Positions 18,118 to 24,000 of a stretch of 24,000 nucleotides of DNA are shown here, piece by piece (within the stretch, counting starts at the first letter, position 1; each line of letters starts with the position of its first letter). Location of the stretch: positions 5,910 to 29,909 of the forward strand of contig JAUQPU010000005.1 in the NCBI GenBank assembly GCA_030550235.1. Direction: 5' to 3'. A program made the translations under genes and the position numbers. The notes beneath the pieces were generated by a model. It saw nothing but the letters and a program-made list of their open reading frames with translations, ran no database searches and was not told the DNA's origin. The stretch is from Thermoproteota archaeon (GTDB taxonomy: Archaea; Thermoproteota; Nitrososphaeria_A; Caldarchaeales; Calditenuaceae).

Positions 18118-18660
18118 TTGAGTTTGCGGCCATCAACCCTCCTACTGAGCGTCTTTCTAGCTGTTTCAGCCCTCTCTACAGGGCTCTGGCTCTACCTGAG
18201 TATCACAAAGCCGGCGGCCCCTTCGGTAGCCACTGAGGTTGCTCCCACCTTCAGAGCCGAGGAACAGACGGAGGGGATAGCCTTCAGCGCTGAGACGGTG
18301 GCCTCGTGGATTTCTGTGGCTTCATGGCTTGGTGTTGGCGCCACCCTCGCATACAAGGGTCTTGTGAGGCACATGTGGTCTAGGAGCATGTTTGATTACG
18401 CCGTCTTCAGGCTCATGGTGAAAATGAGGGGGGCATCTACAAGAGTCAGGATGTTAAGGAGCCTTGAAATGCCGATGAATAGGTATCAGCTTGCAAAGAC
18501 TCTAGGAATAGACTGGAAGACCGTAGATAGGAATATTGAGGTCTTGAAGAGCTATGGACTTATTCATGAGCAGGTAAGTGAGGGTGAAGAGAGGCTCTAC
18601 GTCCTGAGCCCCCAGGGGCAGCAGCTTCTAGAGCTCCTAGAGAAGCTCTCAGAGTCCTAA
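18118..18660 (+). CDS. Membrane-anchored winged-HTH transcriptional regulator, probable TTG start at 18118
   Basis: N-terminal TM segments, then 'MKMRGASTRVRMLRSLEMPMNRYQLAKTLGIDWKTVDRNIEVLKSYGLIHEQVSEGEERLYVLSPQGQQLLELL' wHTH. AT-rich 'ttaaaatatg' lies upstream of the TTG. Confidence 0.75.
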   Translation: MSLRPSTLLLSVFLAVSALSTGLWLYLSITKPAAPSVATEVAPTFRAEEQTEGIAFSAETVASWISVASWLGVGATLAYKGLVRHMWSRSMFDYAVFRLMVKMRGASTRVRMLRSLEMPMNRYQLAKTLGIDWKTVDRNIEVLKSYGLIHEQVSEGEERLYVLSPQGQQLLELLEKLSES

Positions 18661-18695
18661 AGCCTTATTTCCCCGCGCCATTAAATCAGGTTGAT

Positions 18696-19832
18696 TTGAC
18701 CCTAGTAACGAGGTCGGCAGTGGTCGAGAAGTCAGGTCTTCTAAGACCCTATTCCTCCTCCAGGCCCATATCTGTAAGGGAGCTGGAGCTTATCGGCCCG
18801 TTTAAGAACGAGGTGCTAGTCAGGGTGGAGGCGGCGGGGCTCTGCCACTCGGACCTTGCAGTGATTGAGGGTGTGAGGAGGCCGCCGCTTCCTATTGTGC
18901 TGGGGCATGAGTGTGCGGGTATGGTTGTGGAGGTTGGAGAGGGTGTGGCTTCGCCTAAGAAGGGTGACAAGGTCGTCCTCTCTTTCGCCCAGAGCTGTGG
19001 TGAATGTCTCTATTGCCTCTCAGGGAGGCCAACGCTCTGCGACGCAGGCAGGGCCGCGAATAATGAAGGCAGGCTCGTGACTGGCGGGACACGGTTCAGG
19101 CTCGAGGGAAGGGAGATTCATCACCACCTCGGAGTATCCGCCTTCTCAGAATACATAGTAGTCCCATCCTCCTCAGCAATCCCGGTGAGCCCAGACCTCC
19201 CCATCGAGAGGCTCGCGCTCTTCGGATGCGCAATACCAACAGCGTTTGGAGCAGTAATGAATGCCGCAAGGGTTAGGCTTGGCTCGACAGTCGCTATCTT
19301 TGGATGTGGCGGCCTTGGCCTTAACCTTGTCCAAGCAGCGCGGATTGCTGGAGCGTCGCAGATAATCGCGGTGGATATTAGGGAGGATAAGCTGAGGAGG
19401 GCTGAGAAGCTGGGTGCCACGGATGCTGTTGACGCCTCAAGGTGTGACCCTGTCGCAGAGGTGAGGCGCTTGACAGGTGGACGCGGCGCCGATTACTGTT
19501 TTGAGGCTACAGGTAACACTAGGGTCATGCTCCAGGCATTCTTGGCCACGAAGAAGGGCGGGACAACCATCATACTGGGAGTTACATCCCCGGAGGATAA
19601 GGTTGAGCTACCCTCCTGGATGATAATGGGTGAAGAGAGATGCATCATAGGCTCATACATGGGCTCCATAGTCCCGCGAAGAGATATCCCACTCCTACTC
19701 AATCTCTACTCTCAGGGTAAAATAAGGCTCGACGAGGTCCTCACAGGCGAGATCAAACTCGAGGAGCTCAACGAGGGGCTTGACAGACTTGCAGACGGCA
19801 TAGCTGTAAGACAAATAGTTAGAATGCGATAG
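18696..19832 (+). CDS. Zinc-dependent alcohol dehydrogenase (MDR superfamily)
   Basis: 'GLCHSDLAVIEG...PLPIVLGHECAGMVVEVGEGV', structural-zinc cluster 'CGECLYCLSGRPTLC', Rossmann motif 'VAIFGCGGLGLNLVQAARIAGA'. Confidence 0.93.
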   Translation: MTLVTRSAVVEKSGLLRPYSSSRPISVRELELIGPFKNEVLVRVEAAGLCHSDLAVIEGVRRPPLPIVLGHECAGMVVEVGEGVASPKKGDKVVLSFAQSCGECLYCLSGRPTLCDAGRAANNEGRLVTGGTRFRLEGREIHHHLGVSAFSEYIVVPSSSAIPVSPDLPIERLALFGCAIPTAFGAVMNAARVRLGSTVAIFGCGGLGLNLVQAARIAGASQIIAVDIREDKLRRAEKLGATDAVDASRCDPVAEVRRLTGGRGADYCFEATGNTRVMLQAFLATKKGGTTIILGVTSPEDKVELPSWMIMGEERCIIGSYMGSIVPRRDIPLLLNLYSQGKIRLDEVLTGEIKLEELNEGLDRLADGIAVRQIVRMR

Positions 19833-19869
19833 TCCTAAACCTTTTAGGGTCGGGAGACTATCCCTGTAG

Positions 19870-21054
19870 TTATGACCCCGTCGGGGATGCAGAGTAGACC
19901 TCGACGCGACGTTGCTTCATAAGAATGAGGCCTGATAGCGCGATGGGTACTAGGGAGAATATAGCGGTGTAGAGGAACATGCTGGCGTAGGATGTTGCCT
20001 CTGCCAGGCTGCCCCATAAATAACCGCCTATCACGCCCCCCATGCTGAAGGTTGCGCTATAAAGCCCCATATACGCCCCACGAGCGCTCTCGGAGACAAG
20101 TTCGGAAGCTTGGGCTATTGAAACTACGAAGAAGCCGCCGAATGTAAAGCTGCTGAGTGCCTGTGCGAGAATAATGCTTAGTCTATCTGGCGACAGGCCT
20201 ATAATTGTTAGCCTCAGTGGCCATACGGCCAGGCATAAGAGGAGGACTGGAGCTCTCCCAATCCTATCGGAGAGTTTTCCAAGATAGATCATCGCTGGTG
20301 TATCAGACAGGGCCATTAAGGCGAAGGCCACAGATATTTCGAGCGCTGAAGCGCCATGAGTGTTTATTAGATGTAGGGAGAGGAAGTTCATGATCGCTGA
20401 GTTGACCACCATGACCAATGTCACTATTATAAGAAATATGCCGGGCGACCCTCTTAACAAGCTTGAAGCCTTAACACTAGCTTCGCCTCTATTTTCAATC
20501 ATCCGCACTTCCTCTACCTCGATGCAGCTTAGGGCAGAGACGAAAATTACAATCGCGGCGGCAAAGAAAATCGAGCCAAGCCCCATCGCGCTGACCAGTA
20601 CCCCGCCGGAAAGAGTCCCTATTATGAAGCCGATGTTTCCACCAACCCTTATCCTTCCGAAGCCAATTCCACGCGAAAGCCCCGCATGTTCAAGCGCGTC
20701 TATCGAAAATGCTGTGAACAGGGCGTTTGCAGCACCTCCGCCCATCATGCCTAACGTGAAAAGAGCCACCGTGATCATGGGGTTAAATCCCACGGATAGG
20801 AGCATAAATGATATGGATGCAAGCAGCGTCGTTGAGATTAGAATCTTGAGTCGGCCGACGCGATCTGATAGCCTCCCCATATAGTATGAGAAGAGGCCTG
20901 AAGCTATGCTGCTAATCGTGAAGGCTAGGCCAATCTGGCTTGGCGTGAGGCCGCTCTCCTCTAGAAGCACGGGGAAGTATGGGGCGGTGAACCCCATGGC
21001 GAGGAAATACAACATGTTCCATAGCCACATAACGATTATGGGCGATAATGGCAA
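19870..21054 (-). CDS. MFS transporter, paralog B
   Basis: 12-TM pattern and 'GRLSDRVGRLKILISTT'. Collinear near-identity with 16845-18050 over long stretches. Confidence 0.88.
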   Translation of the reverse strand: MPLSPIIVMWLWNMLYFLAMGFTAPYFPVLLEESGLTPSQIGLAFTISSIASGLFSYYMGRLSDRVGRLKILISTTLLASISFMLLSVGFNPMITVALFTLGMMGGGAANALFTAFSIDALEHAGLSRGIGFGRIRVGGNIGFIIGTLSGGVLVSAMGLGSIFFAAAIVIFVSALSCIEVEEVRMIENRGEASVKASSLLRGSPGIFLIIVTLVMVVNSAIMNFLSLHLINTHGASALEISVAFALMALSDTPAMIYLGKLSDRIGRAPVLLLCLAVWPLRLTIIGLSPDRLSIILAQALSSFTFGGFFVVSIAQASELVSESARGAYMGLYSATFSMGGVIGGYLWGSLAEATSYASMFLYTAIFSLVPIALSGLILMKQRRVEVYSASPTGS

Positions 21055-21159
21055 TCCTAGCCGCCATTTGGGCTCTCCGATAATTTAAGTTTTGAGAGGG
21101 TTAGACAAGTCTCAGAAAAGCTGTAATACGCCGAAGCTTAAGTGTCGATACGAGGGGTG

Positions 21160-21789
21160 CTATTCTATAGGCATAACAGCCTTGCTCGGAATCTTAAACG
21201 GCCTCATCTTCGCCTCGTATTCCCGAATCTTCGCCTCATATCCTCTCAGCGTCTCTTCTATCTCATCAAGCCCCTCCAGCAGCCTCTTCTTCACGTTCGG
21301 CTCAAGCCTAAAGCTCATGGTCTCTCCGCCGGGCAGTTTTATCGTCTCGGACTCTACGTCTATGTCAAGCGTTAATTCCCCTTTGGCGGCCATGCCTCTA
21401 AGCCGCTTGACACTCTCCTCGTCAAGCTTGATGCATAGTAGCCCATTCTTCACGGAGTTTCCATAGAATATGTCGCCGAAGGAGGAGGCTATCACGCATT
21501 TGATACCAAAATCCATGAGAGCCCAGACTGCGTTCTCCCTAGAGGAGCCTATTCCAAAGTTTCTCCCAGCAACCAATATGACAGCGTCTCGATACTCTTC
21601 TTGGTCGAGTATGAAGCCCTGCTTCGGCCTCCCATCCTCATCAAACCTCCATCTGTAGAAGAGATACTTGCCTAGGCCCTTCCTCGAGAGAACCTTAAGG
21701 AACTGGGCTGGGATAATCTGGTCTGTATCGACATCATCCATCTCAAGAGGAGCGGCCTTCCCGACAATCCTTCTCACAGGCTCAGGCAC
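21160..21789 (-). CDS. leuD: 3-isopropylmalate dehydratase small subunit (LeuD-like)
   Basis: 'MDDVDTDQIIPAQFLK', 'FDEDGRPKQGFILDQEEYRDAVILVAGRNFGIGSSRENAVWAL'. Confidence 0.88.
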   Translation of the reverse strand: MPEPVRRIVGKAAPLEMDDVDTDQIIPAQFLKVLSRKGLGKYLFYRWRFDEDGRPKQGFILDQEEYRDAVILVAGRNFGIGSSRENAVWALMDFGIKCVIASSFGDIFYGNSVKNGLLCIKLDEESVKRLRGMAAKGELTLDIDVESETIKLPGGETMSFRLEPNVKKRLLEGLDEIEETLRGYEAKIREYEAKMRPFKIPSKAVMPIE

Positions 21790-21792
21790 GCA

Positions 21793-23271
21793 TCATCCAC
21801 CTCCTAGAGGCTTAAGGATGTTCCGCTCTATCCAAGGAGAGACCCACTCGAGACCCAGCTCGTCGAGGCCTGCGAGACTGTATCTTCTCGGGTCTGCTAT
21901 CTTCCCCTCCAGTGCCGATGCAGCGGCCGTAAGAGGGCTGGCCAGGTGGACCCGGCTACCCGGCCCCGCCCTGTTCTCAAAGTTCCTATTACTCGTCAGC
22001 ACACCCCTCTCGCCAGGGCCCAGCCTATCCTCATTCATCGCTATACACATGCTGCAGCCGCTATTCCTCCACTCGAACCCTGCCTCGATGAATACCCTGT
22101 GTAGGCCCATCCTCTCCGCCCTCCTCTTAACAAGCATCGAGCCAGGGACTATCATGGCCCTAACACCCTGTGCAACCCTCCTTCCCTTAACAAGCCTCGC
22201 AACCATGACTAGGTCGGAGAGACGCGCATTTGTGCATGAACCGATGAAGACTACATCAATCGGCGTTCCCTCAATCCTCTGGCCTGGGCTCAGACCCATA
22301 TATTCGAGAGCCCTCTCAACTATCCTTCTCTGCGAGGAGTCGCCGAACTGACGGGGCTCAGGCACCGTCTCGCTCACGCCTATGCACATTGCGGGGTTTG
22401 TTCCCCAGGTGATCTGGGGCTCCAGCCTCGAAACGTCTAGCTTGTAGCTCTTGTCGAACCTCGCGCCGTCATCCGTTTTTAGGGTCTCCCAGTATTTCCT
22501 AGCCTCTGTCCAGTCTTCTCCTGATGGTGCGTATGGCGCGCCCTCTAGATAGCTATAGACCTTATCATCCGGCTCCACTATAGCCGTCCTCGCGCCACCC
22601 TCGATGGCCATGTTGCATATCGTCATCCTCTCCTCGACACTCATATTCTTCACAGCCTCGCCCCTAAACTCTGCCGCGTGCCCAATCATCCCTCCAGTCC
22701 CCAGCTCCCTGATAACATAGAGTATAGCATCCTTAGCAGATGTGTGGCTCTTGAATCTTCCCTCCATCCTGACTTCCATCTGCTTCGGCCTTCTCATCCA
22801 TACGGTCTGGGTGGCGAATACATGCTCACCCTCGCTTGTCCCGATGCCGAAGGCCAGCGCGCCTAGCGCGCCATGGGTGCTTGTGTGGCTGTCCCCACAG
22901 ACGATCGTTATGCCTGGGACTGTCAAGCCCAGCTCCGGGCCGACAACGTGCACTATCCCCTGCCAAGGGCTAAAGTAGTCGAACACTGTAATGGAGAATT
23001 CTCGCGCATTCTTAGCGAGTGTCCTCATCTGCTCTCGCGAGTTCTCATCCCTCACCGGAAGGGTCCTGTCAGATGTTGGGACGTTATGGTCCATCAGGGC
23101 GAAGGTGAGATCAGGCCTCCTCACCCTCCTCCCTCGAGCCCTAAGACCCTCAAAAGCAATCGGAGAAGTTACTTCATGCGTCAAGTGCCTGTCAACATAG
23201 AGTAGATACTCGTCACCACGCTTGGCAAGCGTGTGGTCCTCCCAAATCTTCTCTAAAACACTCTTCGCCAT
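21793..23271 (-). CDS. leuC: 3-isopropylmalate dehydratase large subunit (LeuC-like, bacterial-type length)
   Basis: 'KSVLEKIWEDHTL', 'LLYVDRHLTHEVTSPIAFEGLR', 'TIVCGDSHTSTHGALGALAFGIGTSEGEHVFATQTVW', 'FIGSCTNARLSDL', 'GCSMCIAMNEDRLGPGERGVLTSNRNFENRAG'. Confidence 0.93.
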   Translation of the reverse strand: MAKSVLEKIWEDHTLAKRGDEYLLYVDRHLTHEVTSPIAFEGLRARGRRVRRPDLTFALMDHNVPTSDRTLPVRDENSREQMRTLAKNAREFSITVFDYFSPWQGIVHVVGPELGLTVPGITIVCGDSHTSTHGALGALAFGIGTSEGEHVFATQTVWMRRPKQMEVRMEGRFKSHTSAKDAILYVIRELGTGGMIGHAAEFRGEAVKNMSVEERMTICNMAIEGGARTAIVEPDDKVYSYLEGAPYAPSGEDWTEARKYWETLKTDDGARFDKSYKLDVSRLEPQITWGTNPAMCIGVSETVPEPRQFGDSSQRRIVERALEYMGLSPGQRIEGTPIDVVFIGSCTNARLSDLVMVARLVKGRRVAQGVRAMIVPGSMLVKRRAERMGLHRVFIEAGFEWRNSGCSMCIAMNEDRLGPGERGVLTSNRNFENRAGPGSRVHLASPLTAAASALEGKIADPRRYSLAGLDELGLEWVSPWIERNILKPLGGG

Positions 23272-23352
23272 ATTAACACCGAGTTATCTCAATTCATGAC
23301 TAATAAACTTCGTCTCAGCTAAAAATTCTGGGAGTGTAGGGTCGGGTCCCTG

Positions 23353-24000
23353 CTAAAGGATCTTTTTTAGGTTTTCTAGGCAGCGTTTGACGGACTCGAG
23401 TGGAGGGTAGGGGTATGTCTCCTGCTCAACTATCAGCCACTCTGTGCCGCCGACATCCTGGCATGCGGCTAATACCGACCTGAACGGCACGTCGCCCTCG
23501 CCTAGAATCACAAACCCCCGTTTTTGGGAGTAGTCTTTGAGATGTATTGTCTGGGATCTATGGGGGTATCTATTTAATACCTCTACGAGTATTGAGGCCG
23601 GTATCCCTGCGCTTAGAGCATTTCCTGTGTCCAGCTGCATGAAGACCGAGCTGCCTGCGTTGTCGAAGAATATGTACCAAGGGTATTCGCCGTCGATTGG
23701 TGTGAATTCTTCGCGGTGGTTGTGGTATCCGATTCTGAAGCCTAGACCCGCCGCCCTCGCGGCTATCTCGCTTATCAGCTTAGCCGAGTTTATCCAGCCC
23801 TGCTTATCGGCCCGCATTTCTGGAGGGAGCCAGGGGACGACTATTGTATTATTCCCCAGCTCTCTATTGAACCTTAAGGTCTCTTCAAGCTGCTGCCCAC
23901 TCATCCTCTGGATTGACTCGTGGGCTCCTGCAATCTTCAGACCCAAATCTCTCAGTTTATCCCTAATCTCTCCGGCTGACTTCCCATAATAGCCGGCGAA
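23353..24000 (-). CDS. Sugar phosphate isomerase/epimerase (xylose isomerase-like TIM barrel); 5' end beyond the window
   Basis: The frame is open to the window edge, adding 'FAGYYGKSAGEIRDKLRDLG' before the listed ORF start. 'GYHNHREEF', 'MQLDTGNALSAG', 'QTIHLKDYS', 'EWLIVEQETY' motifs. Confidence 0.85.
   Translation of the reverse strand, partial: FAGYYGKSAGEIRDKLRDLGLKIAGAHESIQRMSGQQLEETLRFNRELGNNTIVVPWLPPEMRADKQGWINSAKLISEIAARAAGLGFRIGYHNHREEFTPIDGEYPWYIFFDNAGSSVFMQLDTGNALSAGIPASILVEVLNRYPHRSQTIHLKDYSQKRGFVILGEGDVPFRSVLAACQDVGGTEWLIVEQETYPYPPLESVKRCLENLKKIL

Noticed and set aside
20360-20884. 174-aa plus-strand ORF opposite the MFS paralog B, and the similar 113-aa ORF at 17338-17679
   Set aside because: Both are antisense shadows at equivalent positions of the two MFS paralogs. 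Their similarity is explained by duplication of the sense genes.
21668-23205. Long plus-strand ORFs 21668-22351, 22742-22978 and 22873-23205
   Set aside because: They are antisense to the well-supported leuC gene and have low-complexity Ser/Leu/Pro composition.

Overview
The window looks like an archaeal chromosome segment, probably from the Thermoproteota/TACK group, judged from the 23S sequence, an STT3/AglB-type protein, TATA-like promoters close to start codons, and a homocitrate-synthase-like protein with a C-terminal RAM-like domain. The main element is a 23S rRNA gene on the minus strand (~8205-12068). No 16S or 5S rRNA is visible beside it. It is interrupted by a ~764-nt intron (9232-9995) that encodes a single-motif LAGLIDADG protein. 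The intron sits at the E. coli 1923 (I-CeuI-type) position and shows group I hallmarks (P1 with a U.G pair, terminal G, P4/P5 pairings, 'GAAGAUAUGGUCC' S-like element, P9 hairpin) rather than an obvious archaeal bulge-helix-bulge intron. The protein-coding part holds the best candidate for something undescribed: a compact plus-strand cluster of a rhodanese, a GcvH-like/TusA-like fusion whose lipoyl lysine is replaced by arginine, and a tandem-SIS protein (4049-6799). Other notable items are a tandem divergent ThyX-like protein whose signature motif is split between its two halves, with a 16-bp direct repeat flanking a TATA-like element in its promoter region; a pair of close MFS paralogs bracketing a membrane-anchored HTH gene and an alcohol dehydrogenase gene; and a bacterial-type leuCD pair. 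The rest appears to be ordinary housekeeping genes. No CRISPR arrays or convincing tRNA genes were seen.
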